A DNA stretch of 64,000 bases from a virus (taxonomy: Duplodnaviria; Caudoviricetes): positions 327-64,326 of IMG/VR virus record IMGVR_UViG_3300032073_000024, one strand, 5' to 3'. A program made the translations under genes and the position numbers. Positions 17,798 to 28,400 of this stretch are shown here, one piece after another. Each line of letters begins with the position of its first letter. The first letter of the stretch is position 1. The notes below the pieces were generated by a model. It searched no databases, was not told the DNA's origin, and worked only from the letters and a program-made list of their open reading frames with translations.

Positions 17798-18226
17798 ATG
17801 ATTGATGATTTAAAAAGGTATACATATATCAAGCGCGTATACAGCGCACAAACAAACGGCCTGTTAACTGAACAGGAAAAGCGCGTACTTCTGAAGAGAT
17901 GGGACGGCTTAACATTCAACCAAATAGCCAAGGATATTGGCTGTACTAAACAAAGAGTATCACAAATAAATGAACGTGCTAAAAAAATTATGGAAAGCGG
18001 TAAGCGTCCAAAGAGGGGAAGGCCAAGACTAATGCCACAAGAATATGTAGTTAAATTAAACCGTAGGCAAAGAGATGCCCTTGTAAGAAACCGTAGCTTG
18101 AAGGAGTTTATCATGACGGCTGAAGCTGATCAGCATCCTTACTGGACTCACTGCTTAGTGGATTTGCTTGAGCAAATAGCAGATCAGAATAATACTGTAA
18201 CAGTACAAGAAGATGAATTGATATAA
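17798..18226 (+). CDS. Sigma70 r4-like HTH regulator
   Basis: LTEQEKRVL...GLTFNQIAKDIGCTKQRVSQI followed by an AT-hook-like KRGRPR. Confidence 0.75.
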   Translation: MIDDLKRYTYIKRVYSAQTNGLLTEQEKRVLLKRWDGLTFNQIAKDIGCTKQRVSQINERAKKIMESGKRPKRGRPRLMPQEYVVKLNRRQRDALVRNRSLKEFIMTAEADQHPYWTHCLVDLLEQIADQNNTVTVQEDELI

Positions 18227-18507
18227 TGAAATCTCCTAAGCACACAACACATGTAAAAATAGATACTGTCTTTGAAGGCAGGAAGCAATCATCTGTTATG
18301 GATATAAAGGATATGGATTGTATTGCTGGCTGTGCTGGTAAGGTTTCTTACTTGCGCTTGATTGGGAAAAGAGAACCAGATCAGAAGGTGGATTTATATA
18401 TGCATGGTAATAAGTATAAGGTGCTAGGTGTGTTTAAGTTTGACGGTGAGTGGCCAATCAAAAAGGAAGAAACTGAAACCATAGTAATTAAAATAAAATA
18501 TATATGA
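18226..18507 (+). CDS. Hypothetical protein
   Basis: 93-aa coupled ORF. Confidence 0.6.
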   Translation: MKSPKHTTHVKIDTVFEGRKQSSVMDIKDMDCIAGCAGKVSYLRLIGKREPDQKVDLYMHGNKYKVLGVFKFDGEWPIKKEETETIVIKIKYI

Positions 18508-18659
18508 GCAACACAAATAAAGATAAAGAGGAAGACTGTTTGAAAGGCATGGTTAAAGCAGTTGATATTGGATTCAAAAAGTTCTTAAAAAAAAGAGGAA
18601 TAGAAACCCCCAAAGGTTTTAACTATTCAAAGACCAAAGAAAAATGAAAGTAATAACAA

Positions 18660-18923
18660 ATGAGTAAGTACATAATAACATTAACAAACACAATAGACAC
18701 GGACTACATGATTAGTGCTGGAAGTAAAAAGGAAGCTAAACAAAAGTTTGATTTAGTTAAACCTCATTTATCAATAACGGGTGATGGCATTGCCTTCATA
18801 GACAAAGACTCTATTGATAAAGATCCAGCTATACATGATAAAGATGTTAAAGCTGACGGGGTAAGCAATTGGGATTATGAGGTTGCTGATGTGACCTTAG
18901 TCTCAAATGTATTTGCAGATTGA
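18660..18923 (+). CDS. Hypothetical protein
   Basis: 87-aa ORF. Confidence 0.6.
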   Translation: MSKYIITLTNTIDTDYMISAGSKKEAKQKFDLVKPHLSITGDGIAFIDKDSIDKDPAIHDKDVKADGVSNWDYEVADVTLVSNVFAD

Positions 18924-18931
18924 TCAGCAAG

Positions 18932-18960
18932 TTGACGAACTATGGAAGCGTGTATACACT
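18932..18960 (+). promoter_or_regulatory. Sigma70-type promoter
   Basis: TTGACG-17 bp-TACACT. Confidence 0.6.
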
Positions 18961-18965
18961 AGCCT

Positions 18966-19060
18966 CGCTGCTAGTTTATGTAGCGTTTTCTAGTAGCCAT
19001 AGCAAACTCCATAGCTATTGCTTACCAGTCACAGCTCCCTTACTGTGACTGGTTTTTTTT
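18966..19060 (+). ncRNA. Candidate ~95-nt small RNA
   Basis: Lies between the promoter and a strong terminator, contains no ORF, and has internal hairpins. Confidence 0.45.
19024..19060 (+). terminator. Intrinsic terminator
   Basis: accagtcacag-ctccctta-ctgtgactggt followed by a T run. Confidence 0.8.
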
Positions 19061-19062
19061 AT

Positions 19063-19092
19063 AACCAAAACCAAAACCAAAACCAAAACAAA
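19063..19092 (+). repeat. Short tandem repeat (AACCAA)n
   Basis: About four to five units directly upstream of the RlpA-like start codon. Confidence 0.7.
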
Positions 19093-19100
19093 ATAAACTT

Positions 19101-19487
19101 ATGAAAATAATAACTACTATAATACTAAGCGTCGCTATAGTTTACTATATTGTGGCACAACCTACATTCAAAACAATAACTACAACTGCCTCTTGGTATG
19201 GCGGTAAAGCAGATGGACTTGTTGGAAAGTTAACTGCATCAGGTGAACCGCTAGATGACAAGGCTTTGACTTGTGCTATGTGGGGAGTTCCTTTTGGGAC
19301 AAGAGTCCGTGTAACTTTAGGCAACCGATCTGTCATAGTTAGGGTCAATGATCGTGGGCCGAATCAGAAGCGTCATCCCGACAGAAAGATAGACCTAACC
19401 AAGGCAGCGTTCAGTAAGCTTTCACATCCTGATGCAGGATTACTGAAGAACGTGAAACTAGAAATGATTTCTTACCCAAGCAAGTAA
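19101..19487 (+). CDS. RlpA-like double-psi beta-barrel lytic transglycosylase with signal anchor
   Basis: Hydrophobic N-terminus; ASWYG, TASGE, PFGTRV, VRVNDRGP, IDLTKAAF. Confidence 0.85.
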   Translation: MKIITTIILSVAIVYYIVAQPTFKTITTTASWYGGKADGLVGKLTASGEPLDDKALTCAMWGVPFGTRVRVTLGNRSVIVRVNDRGPNQKRHPDRKIDLTKAAFSKLSHPDAGLLKNVKLEMISYPSK

Positions 19488-19488
19488 C

Positions 19489-19791
19489 ATGAAGATTATT
19501 ATATTATTACTTAGCCTTAGTGTTTCACTTATTGCTGACCCAGTGATAAAGCTTTCACCTGATGAAGGTAAAGTGAAGTTAACAGTTAGTGATTTACCTC
19601 TTGGTAAAGCTGTATTGATATTAACAAGTGATGATCTTAATGAATGGATAGTCGCTGTACCTAAAGATGAACCCACGAAACTGTGCTTACACTTTGTTCC
19701 TAAAGATAAGATAGATAAAGAAAGTGTTTATTGGTGGGTGTCTACTAATAAAAATAAATCATTCTTCAAAGTGTTAATCTTAAATTATTAA
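19489..19791 (+). CDS. Small secreted beta-rich protein
   Basis: Signal peptide; TSDDLNEW...FFKV pattern. Confidence 0.6.
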   Translation: MKIIILLLSLSVSLIADPVIKLSPDEGKVKLTVSDLPLGKAVLILTSDDLNEWIVAVPKDEPTKLCLHFVPKDKIDKESVYWWVSTNKNKSFFKVLILNY

Positions 19792-19797
19792 AAAACA

Positions 19798-20085
19798 ATG
19801 GCTTGTAAAAAAAAATACATAAGGCAAAGAGACAGAAACAGTTACAATAAAACTAGAGCTATAACCCGCATGAAAAAAAATGCCACTAAAACAGTAAGCT
19901 CTTTAACTGAAAATACATTTGATATCAAAGTTGAAAGAGCTACCGTACCTAAGCTTGCTCTTCTTTACCTAGCTAAAGAAGCTTGTGAACAGGGAGTTAT
20001 AGACAAGTTAATAAAGAAATATGAGGACAGTCTTAGCTTGAGACTCTTAGTTCCAAATGATATTTGTGTTAAAAAAATTAGATAA
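19798..20085 (+). CDS. Hypothetical basic protein
   Basis: 95-aa ORF. Confidence 0.5.
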   Translation: MACKKKYIRQRDRNSYNKTRAITRMKKNATKTVSSLTENTFDIKVERATVPKLALLYLAKEACEQGVIDKLIKKYEDSLSLRLLVPNDICVKKIR

Positions 20086-20167
20086 ATGTTTTGTTTGTAT
20101 TTATTTGTTGACAATATTTATCATATAAATCAGTATTTTTTCGCAGCAGTTAAACTGTAACAGTACA

Positions 20168-20788
20168 ATGAGATACGACCCAAGCAAGTATGAGGATGTA
20201 GCCACTAGGTTGCAGCGCATTTACGCATTAAACCCTAAGCTCCGAATCATCACAGAGATAGAGTGGCACGATGTTGAGTTCAACAAGGTGTGCTTTAAGG
20301 CATCACTACTAGAAGATGATACTGTAATAGCTACTGGATTTGCAATGGATTGGAAGAGTAAAGATAGAGGAGCGACTACCACTAACTGGGTAGAAACTTC
20401 TGAGACAAGTGCTATTGGTAGGTGTATTGCAAACAGTAAGTATCAAGATAAAAATGCAGAGCGTCCTTCAAAGCAAGAGATGGAGATAGCTTCTGAAAGA
20501 AGCTCCGCTACTCCAGTTAAAGCTAAGGCCGCAACTAAAGTTAAGCCTACCCCGTCAACTATTATTGCAGAGAAGCAGCCTGTTCTTGAAGGTAAAGCGT
20601 TAAGGGATAAAACACTTAAAGAACTTGTTGGTGCAAAAGAAAAAGATGTAAATAATTTTTTGATTGGGAAGGCTCAGATCAAGAAGACAGAAACTTTTCT
20701 TGATGTAAGTGATGCTTATGCAAAGCAAATGATTGATCACCCTGCTAAGTTCTTAGCAATTGTTACTGCGACTTGTGCCAAATCCTAG
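20168..20788 (+). CDS. Single-strand annealing protein-like (Rad52/Erf/Sak group)
   Basis: Y..V..RL, ATG.A and ETSAIGRCIA motifs; adjacent to the exonuclease. Confidence 0.65.
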   Translation: MRYDPSKYEDVATRLQRIYALNPKLRIITEIEWHDVEFNKVCFKASLLEDDTVIATGFAMDWKSKDRGATTTNWVETSETSAIGRCIANSKYQDKNAERPSKQEMEIASERSSATPVKAKAATKVKPTPSTIIAEKQPVLEGKALRDKTLKELVGAKEKDVNNFLIGKAQIKKTETFLDVSDAYAKQMIDHPAKFLAIVTATCAKS

Positions 20789-21893
20789 CACCATTGAACA
20801 AGCTAAAGTTGATGACGTAAGGCAAGGCTTGCCAAGTGCAAGTGGATTAAATCGCGTCATTGATTGCCCCGGTTCTTTAGAACTAGAATCAAAATCACCT
20901 ACTCCACCTGATTCCCCTTGGGCTGCAAGAGGCACAAGAATACATGGGGTTATGGATGGCAGTGTTGACCGCTCTGAACTAAGCACTGAAGAACTAGATG
21001 TCGTGGCTGAACTTGAGGATTACGACAAGCTATTATTCCATGACTGTCATGATATTATAAGAGAAGAAAGATATTGGTACTACAGTGGTAATAAAAAAAT
21101 CTGGTCAGGAATGCTGGACATTGCTGCACGTTGTAACAAGACGGGTAACGGAATTGTTTGCAACTATAAGACTGGTCGCGGCCAAGACTCGGTAGCTAAT
21201 AACTGGCAAGCCAAAGCTGAGTCAGTTTTGTGGTGGCAAAAATGGAGAGGTGAAGGGATGACTGAAGTTCGTTACTGCTTTGCACAACCAGAGTCCATGT
21301 ATGATCACGTGCTTTGCCATACGTTTGATGAGAAAGAATTAAAGAGAGCTGAGAAGGATATACGTGATGGAGTTTTACTAGCACTGTCAGGTAAAGGCTG
21401 GCTTGAGCCTAGTGAGAAAGCCTGCATATGGTGCAAAGCTAAGTCAATATGTAGTGCGTTGAAGTACAAGATAGAAGCTTACAAGGATATACCAACTGAA
21501 AACTTTAGCGACATGTCTGCTAAAGAGAGAGGCTATTACTTAGCAAAAGCGCGTGAAGCAAAAGATGCAGCGACTAAAGTATATGAAGACTTAGCATCAC
21601 AAGCAAAAGAGTTAGTATCAAATGATGAAGAAGCTATCAAAGGATGGTATATGTCAAGAGGTAGGGAGATTAATTCCATAACATCTACTAAGCTGGCATT
21701 AGAGATGGCCACTGAACTAGGTATACCAGCAGATGAATTTTATTCTCGCGCATCTATATCAACAAGTGCGCTTGAGAAGTTAGCAGCCAAGCACTTGAAA
21801 GTTAAAGAACCTAAGCAGTGGGTTAAGGATAACTTTCATTCAGTTATTAATAGTGCTAATGCAAGATCATCATTAAAAGCTAGGCGTAAATGA
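20760..21893 (+). CDS. Cas4-like PD-(D/E)xK exonuclease (DUF2800-like)
   Basis: SAS...CPGS, GTRIH, G.LD, YKTG and CIWCKAKSIC Fe-S cysteines. Confidence 0.8.
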   Translation: MLLRLVPNPSTIEQAKVDDVRQGLPSASGLNRVIDCPGSLELESKSPTPPDSPWAARGTRIHGVMDGSVDRSELSTEELDVVAELEDYDKLLFHDCHDIIREERYWYYSGNKKIWSGMLDIAARCNKTGNGIVCNYKTGRGQDSVANNWQAKAESVLWWQKWRGEGMTEVRYCFAQPESMYDHVLCHTFDEKELKRAEKDIRDGVLLALSGKGWLEPSEKACIWCKAKSICSALKYKIEAYKDIPTENFSDMSAKERGYYLAKAREAKDAATKVYEDLASQAKELVSNDEEAIKGWYMSRGREINSITSTKLALEMATELGIPADEFYSRASISTSALEKLAAKHLKVKEPKQWVKDNFHSVINSANARSSLKARRK

Positions 21894-22372
21894 ACGACCA
21901 AGATTGGGAGAAGTATAAGAAGCATGTTGCTGATAGTGTCCCAACAGTACAGCGCGTTGTTCAATACTTGTTATCACGTGGGCATACCGTCCAAGTTCCC
22001 CCAACTCATATAGCAACTAACCAAAGAGATAGAATTAAGATGAAGGATGATGGAGACTTCTTCTTAATACAACGCTGTGAAGTTAAACAAACTAGGCACG
22101 TATTTGCTGGGCCAGAAGACTGGCCCTTCTCTGTGATTATTATATGTAATAAGAATAGCTTTGATAAGAGGCACGGAAGTAAGCCAGCCTATTACATTAT
22201 TCCTTCATCAGACTTTAAGTGCATGATAGTTATAGACGTTCAGAAAACAGAGAAGAGTTGGTGGGCAGAGGAAAAGAAAGATAACAGATATGAAGATGTT
22301 GTTGAGACCTTCTATGTTATAGATAAAAACAATCCACATATAAGTTGGGAGAAAATTTATGCCAATAAATAG
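21890..22372 (+). CDS. PD-(D/E)xK-like hypothetical protein
   Basis: DDGDF....CEVKQ motif. Confidence 0.55.
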   Translation: MNDQDWEKYKKHVADSVPTVQRVVQYLLSRGHTVQVPPTHIATNQRDRIKMKDDGDFFLIQRCEVKQTRHVFAGPEDWPFSVIIICNKNSFDKRHGSKPAYYIIPSSDFKCMIVIDVQKTEKSWWAEEKKDNRYEDVVETFYVIDKNNPHISWEKIYANK

Positions 22373-22715
22373 TAGGCGCAAGGGAGCTGTAGCTGAACGC
22401 GCTTTTAGAGATGAGTTAAGAGAGGCTGGATATAAAGATGCCATACGTGGGTGTCAGCACTCAGCTATCGGGGCAGATGGAGGGGCAGCACCAGACGTAA
22501 GGTGTGACAGCTTGAACAAGTTTCACTTTGAGGTGAAGCATAGAGAGAAGGGCGCGACTCGTAATGGGTATGAACAAGCCAAGCGTGATGCAAAGGAAGA
22601 ACAGATACCAGTGTTTGCTTTCCGTAAGAATCATTCCCCTTGGTTAGTAGCAATGTCATTGGAGGATTTTTTTAAGTTAGTGCGTGAGTTACCAGAGGGG
22701 TTTCAAAAACTGTGA
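22359..22715 (+). CDS. Holliday junction resolvase-like nuclease
   Basis: NSRRKG..AER, PDV, FEVK, P...FRKN..PW. Confidence 0.8.
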   Translation: MPINSRRKGAVAERAFRDELREAGYKDAIRGCQHSAIGADGGAAPDVRCDSLNKFHFEVKHREKGATRNGYEQAKRDAKEEQIPVFAFRKNHSPWLVAMSLEDFFKLVRELPEGFQKL

Positions 22716-22739
22716 CAGTATAAGCTATGGAGATTATTA

Positions 22740-24059
22740 ATGATTGATAATGAATTAAGAGTACCGCCTCATAATGCGGATATGGAAGAGGGGCTTTTGG
22801 GTTGTCTTATTGAAGATCCAAAGGAAGCGTTGAGTGGTTTCATATCAGAACATCCTGCATCCCGTGGGTATTTTTATGACCTGAAAAACCAAACTGTTTA
22901 TAATGCAATACTAAAGCTACAAGATGAACGTCAGAACATTGACTTACTGACGCTTATAAATGTTCTTAAAAAAGAAAACAAATTAGATGAGATCGGCGGC
23001 CCAGCATATGTGACTGGGTTGTCTGACAAGATGTCAGTCCCAAGCAACTGGCCGTACTATTCAAAAGAGTTAAGGGATTACTGGATTAAGCGTAAGCTTA
23101 TTGAGTCAGGTCATCAAGCAGTCAAGGAAGGATACCAATCAGTGGACGCATCCAAGGCTTTAGATTGTGTGCAGCGTGACATCCTACAGATAGCACAAGA
23201 TAACGCTGGATCAGGAGAGCGCAGTAATGCTGACATGGTAGGTGAATACATAGCAAAGATTGAGGCTGGACTTCTTGACCCTAGTTCATTGCGCGGAATA
23301 TCATGCGGTTACTCAGACATAGATGAGAAGACAATGGGACTACAGCCAGCCAGTGTAACTATACTTGCAGCTAGGCCCAGTATGGGTAAGACATCTCTTG
23401 CTTTATGTATGGCAAGGAACATGACCGTAGACAACAAGGAACCAGTAGGCATATTTAGTTTAGAAATGTCTGCTGAATCCTTGATAGCAAGACTGATACA
23501 CACTCAAGCAAAAGTAAGTCGTAATGATGTGGCTTCTAATATGGCAGCACTATCGCAGGCTTCTGTTGATATAGCTAATGCTCCATTACATATTGATGAT
23601 CGTAGTGCTTTATCAGTCCAACAAATCTCTGCTGCTGCTAGAAGAATGAAACAACAGCATGGCATTAAGGCTTTGTTTGTTGATTACCTTCAGTTAATTA
23701 GATCAACACGTGATAAAGGTTCACGTAATGATGAGGTAGCAGAGATTAGTAATGGGTTAAAGTCTATAGCTAAAGAGCTTAGGATTCCTGTTGTTGTATT
23801 GTCTCAACTATCCCGCCAAGTTGATAAAGATTCTCGCGCACCAAAACTATCTGACCTACGTGACAGTGGGGCTATTGAACAAGACGCTGACATTGTTCTT
23901 TTTATTTGGCGTGATCCTAATGTGCCTCCTATAGGGCCGGGGTTGCCAGTATTTGTTAGCATAGATAAAAACAGAGAAGGAGAAAGCGGAGTAAGAATAC
24001 CGCTCGTCTTCTTTAAGAACTACACTAGATTTGAAAACGGAAGTTATATTAATGTCTGA
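22740..24059 (+). CDS. dnaB: Replicative DNA helicase
   Basis: PPHN..ME, AARPSMGKT, FSLEM, VDYLQL, LSQLSR, DLRDSGAIEQDAD, KNREG. Confidence 0.95.
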   Translation: MIDNELRVPPHNADMEEGLLGCLIEDPKEALSGFISEHPASRGYFYDLKNQTVYNAILKLQDERQNIDLLTLINVLKKENKLDEIGGPAYVTGLSDKMSVPSNWPYYSKELRDYWIKRKLIESGHQAVKEGYQSVDASKALDCVQRDILQIAQDNAGSGERSNADMVGEYIAKIEAGLLDPSSLRGISCGYSDIDEKTMGLQPASVTILAARPSMGKTSLALCMARNMTVDNKEPVGIFSLEMSAESLIARLIHTQAKVSRNDVASNMAALSQASVDIANAPLHIDDRSALSVQQISAAARRMKQQHGIKALFVDYLQLIRSTRDKGSRNDEVAEISNGLKSIAKELRIPVVVLSQLSRQVDKDSRAPKLSDLRDSGAIEQDADIVLFIWRDPNVPPIGPGLPVFVSIDKNREGESGVRIPLVFFKNYTRFENGSYINV

Positions 24060-24285
24060 TGAAACATACCTTGTAGACACGGCCCAAGCTGCAAAGAAAC
24101 TTGGGGTTAGCCGCACATATATTGCAGCATTAAAAAAAGCAGTAGGTTGCGGAGGCAGTCATAGATTTAAGCTTTCTTGGCTGACTGATTACCTAGATGA
24201 GAACCCTAACTTCAGGGTTAGGGGTAATAAGTCGCAAGGAGGTGAGAATGACTTTGCTGAACAAGATAAACAAGCTACCGCCTAA
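24052..24285 (+). CDS. HTH DNA-binding protein (excisionase-like)
   Basis: TAQAAKKLGVSRTYI; close upstream of the recombinase. Confidence 0.65.
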   Translation: MSDETYLVDTAQAAKKLGVSRTYIAALKKAVGCGGSHRFKLSWLTDYLDENPNFRVRGNKSQGGENDFAEQDKQATA

Positions 24286-24562
24286 CCTTGTCCGAGTCTT
24301 AGCTCGCAAAGGAAGGGACGCTATGACTAATAAAGAGATTTCAGATACGTCTGGCATACCAGTTAAACGGGTAGGTCAGATTAGTCGTATGAAATCATGG
24401 GACTCTATACAAGTATCTGAAGCTGCTGCCTTTGCTGACGCATGTGGTGTAGACTTAGTTAACCAATCTAAAACAAGAAAGTATTTAATGCGTGGGCCAG
24501 CAATGGCTCACGTTAAGAGGGCTAATAATAAAGATTATTTATTGTCCCTCTTTAAACTGTAA
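24248..24562 (+). CDS. HTH (XRE-like) DNA-binding protein
   Basis: MTNKEISDTSGIPVKRVGQIS...FADACGVD. Confidence 0.6.
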   Translation: MTLLNKINKLPPNLVRVLARKGRDAMTNKEISDTSGIPVKRVGQISRMKSWDSIQVSEAAAFADACGVDLVNQSKTRKYLMRGPAMAHVKRANNKDYLLSLFKL

Positions 24563-24573
24563 CAGTATAACAA

Positions 24574-25458
24574 ATGAAGAAAACAAAAACGCTACCACAA
24601 ATGATCAGAGAGTATATCAACTGGAAAAGGTTGGGTGCTGCTGATAACACAATTAATGTCTATCAAAATTACTTAGACAAATTTTCCAACCATTGCTTCA
24701 CAACAAAGCAGAACCCGTTGGATCATAACACGCTCCACTCTTTTCTTGTTTCTTGTAAAAGGAATACTAATAAATCAAACGGAGAACTAGTTAAAGGAAG
24801 TACGCTTAATGCAATACTCACATGCTTGAAGTCTTTCTTTAAATACTTTCAAGAAAGCGGTCAAACAAATCTTAATCCTGCATCAATGATACCTAGGTTT
24901 AAAGAGGAAGCCACAACTGTTGTTGGTTTCTCTCCTGATGAAGCAAAAGAATTACTTAAATCTAGTTATGATTCTCCTTACTCAGACTACTGGACTCCAA
25001 TGATTATGCTTGGATGGTATTATGGAATGAGACTTGGAGATACAGCTTGCTTTAAAAGATCGTTCGTTAATGAAAAGAAAAAGCAGATAACCTTTATACC
25101 TATGAAGAGAAAGCGTAGAGAAATTATACTACCTTTAGTTAATGATGTAGGTTTAGCTTTGTCAAAGACTCCAGTTGAAAATGATATATACTATTTCCCA
25201 CTAGCGCGTGATAGATATTACTTTCGCGGCACTCTAGATAAACAGTTCAAAGCTATAGTTAATCAAGCCAGCCTTGATAACTCTCTTACATTCCATTGCC
25301 TCCGTCACGGAGCGGCAACTCGTATGCTGAAGAATGGTGTAAGAACTACAACTATTACTGAAATTATAGGTTGGGATTCTCCAGCAATGTTGCAGCGTTA
25401 TATAGATAGAGATGAAAAAGATATTGCTACTGCACTTGAAGGTAGTATTACTGTTTAA
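24574..25458 (+). CDS. Tyrosine recombinase/integrase
   Basis: SAM-like N-domain; catalytic R (GMRLGD), K, HCLRH, GW and Y (LQRY). Confidence 0.9.
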   Translation: MKKTKTLPQMIREYINWKRLGAADNTINVYQNYLDKFSNHCFTTKQNPLDHNTLHSFLVSCKRNTNKSNGELVKGSTLNAILTCLKSFFKYFQESGQTNLNPASMIPRFKEEATTVVGFSPDEAKELLKSSYDSPYSDYWTPMIMLGWYYGMRLGDTACFKRSFVNEKKKQITFIPMKRKRREIILPLVNDVGLALSKTPVENDIYYFPLARDRYYFRGTLDKQFKAIVNQASLDNSLTFHCLRHGAATRMLKNGVRTTTITEIIGWDSPAMLQRYIDRDEKDIATALEGSITV

Positions 25459-28400
25459 ATATCAGGAGCCGGGGATAATCCTTTAACCCTAACCTTCCTG
25501 TTCGGACTCATTTTTTTATCAGGTAGTAGAGTTCTCCTAGTAAAAGGCTCTTCTCCCTTATCCCAAATTCCATTAGGGCTGATACCAGATTCTATATAAA
25601 AATCATTAAACCTATCAAGTGTATCCATGATTTCTTTAAATTCTCCAGACCATTTACTCTCATCTTTATTCCAACCATCTATCATGAAAGTTACAAAGTT
25701 TTTCCTTTGAAAGTCTTCCACGAACTCACTCCTTGTTGGGATAGTTCCCGCTTCAAGTTTATAATGAAGAGGAGTTTTTGCTCTAAGATGTTGGTTTAGT
25801 TTTCTTTGAGCGTCAACACGACCCAGCACTTCTTCATTTTTAGCAGCATCTGCTAAAAGTTCATTCATCATTAACACTCTCAGTTCTTCTGCTCGTGCAA
25901 GGTCTCCCCTACCTATTGCTGACTGAAACGCTCTAACGTGTTCAGATATAGGTTTAATGTTAGAGATACTTGCTGCTAATGTTTGCCCTCTAAATACTTT
26001 AATATCATCTGGATCGTAATAACGGTTTATCGCGTTCATTACATTGCCGAATTTTTTCCATCCTTTTCCGTAATCTGTTAGAGAATCAACTATATTCATA
26101 GCCAGAGGAACCATGCCTTTAGCTAATGATCTCATGCCATATGTTGGATCTTTAGTTACGGCAGTTTCTGCTAAGTATTTAGTTAGCACACTAGCTTTAG
26201 AGTAAAGCAAACTGCCGGGATGCATCATGCCTCTTGATGGGTCTCCACCAACTACAGCTTCAATCCAAGCCCCAGCCATTGGAACTGAACTAGTACCTAA
26301 TCCAATTGCTGATCGTATAAAATCTTTTGCTTCTTTCTTGTCTGTTGGTAGTGACTTTTTGTTATCAGTCCCCATAAGTCCATAAATCCAATTTAATATT
26401 GTTATTGCAAGAGTGCCTGCTCCATAGGCTGATGCCATAAATCCAAGCAACCATATAATTCCAGCAACAGACTGAACACTAGAGTCTTTTAAGTCTCTCT
26501 TCCTGCTTCTACCTAGCATAACATTCCCAAAATTCTGGATTGCGTTTGTACCCCAACCCAACAACGCCATTAAAGCATTAGCTGTTTGAGTTAACCTTGC
26601 CCACGCTGGTCGGTTACTAGGAGTTGCCGAGTTAGACTGAGTAACCCATCCTTCAGCAACATTGTTTCTTTGAAAGTCAGTAAGGAACTGTGCATCTTCT
26701 TCTCCACGCGCTCTTGCTTGGAGGTACGCCTTTGCTTCTTTCTGGAAATTAGTAACCCCGCCTTTTGCTAACATGTTCAAAGTGTTATTAAAGGAAGCTT
26801 TATTAGCTCTAAATATATACAAGTACCTCCCAAGTAATTCCTCCTCTGATATGTCTTCGTTAAGATCATCTTCGTAATATTCTCTAGAATCATAAACCTT
26901 ATCCAGTTGCCTTTGAAGATCGTTTACATGCTGTACTCCTAAATTCCATAGTTGAATGTTGCCGCTTATATCACCAATCCTTGGAAAGATTGGCCTACCT
27001 ATTAAAGATAGACCTGACTCAGCAAGACCCATCCCAGCGTTTAAACTTCTAACGGCTGCCTGAATAACTTCATTCTCTGTTTTATAAGAATTAATCCCGC
27101 TCCCTCCTGAAACTAAGTCCCCTAAGAAAGCTTCATTAGTTTCAATAGGGGTTATGGGCATATCAAGCCCACGTTCTGCAAGCATACGGTGTTCATGTAT
27201 ACGCATAGGCATATGCTGAAAAACCTCCTCAACCGCTGGAGCAAGGAACCCACCAATAGGGGCTATAACCCTATGAACTCCTCTAGCTTTAATGAATCCA
27301 TCTAATATAGCAGGGAATGATTTAAATATAAGGTCTGGTTTATCCCAGCTAAATTTAGGTTTAAAAATCCTCTTTCCTTTTACACTCTTTGTTAACTGAG
27401 TATCAACACCTACTGTGAATTTAACAGCAGAAGCTAAAGTAGATGCACCTAGTTTCCCTATGGATATAGGCCACCTCATAAGTAATCCTTTAAGGAAAGC
27501 AGAAAACCCAGACTGACCTTGTGCCGCTGCTAGGTTAAACCCTCCAATCACACTAGCATCAGTACTGTTCTTAACTACTGTATTAATAGCCATCAATGTT
27601 GATCCAACAACTGAGCTTTGCATTCTCTTATACCAAGCATTGTTTATCTCCAGCTTAGACCCTGCGCTTTTTGTTGAGTAAGCCTCTGAATATTGTTCTG
27701 ATACTTCAAGAAGCTTTCTTCTCCAAAAATTTATCTCATCCATTGTGCCAATAAAGTTAGCGCCTTCACTAGCGTTCAACTTAAACTCTTTTTTAAGTTG
27801 CTTCTCAAGTTTATGTGACCCTCTTACATAACCTTCATTTATTAATTGTTGCCTTCTTTTCTTTACGCTTAAATCCATTGCATCAAGATCGCGTTGTATC
27901 GCCTTGATTGAAATAATTACATTCTCAAGGGGCTTCGCGCTTCCCATTAAGGCAAACCTTTTAAGGTCTGATTGATCTTTAAACCCATACTGATAAAAGT
28001 AATAAGGAGCATTTGCTTTCTTTCTAGCTTTAACAAACGGGCCTTCAGCTTTTAAGTCTATGTACTTGGTAGTTTGTTTTTGGGTTTCAGATGGGAGCCT
28101 TTCCCCGACAAGGGTGTTAAGTATATCCTTATACTCTGACAGTATAAGCTTCTTAATTGATGGGATATCCTTGCTGCTTCGCTTGGATAGTAAATCTAAT
28201 ACACTTTCTACACTGACTTTTTCTAGGCTTCCATCAGCAATTGAAGCCGCAGCTATTGCGTAGTACTGTTCCAGCTCACTGGGTTGAGTGATGAACTCAG
28301 GGTTCCTGTCTATAATAAAAGATAGTAATGCCTCTGGATGGCCTGCGAATATAGCATCAAAATCTATTGCTCCAAGTTCTGCTCCCTCGTTTAAATTAAC

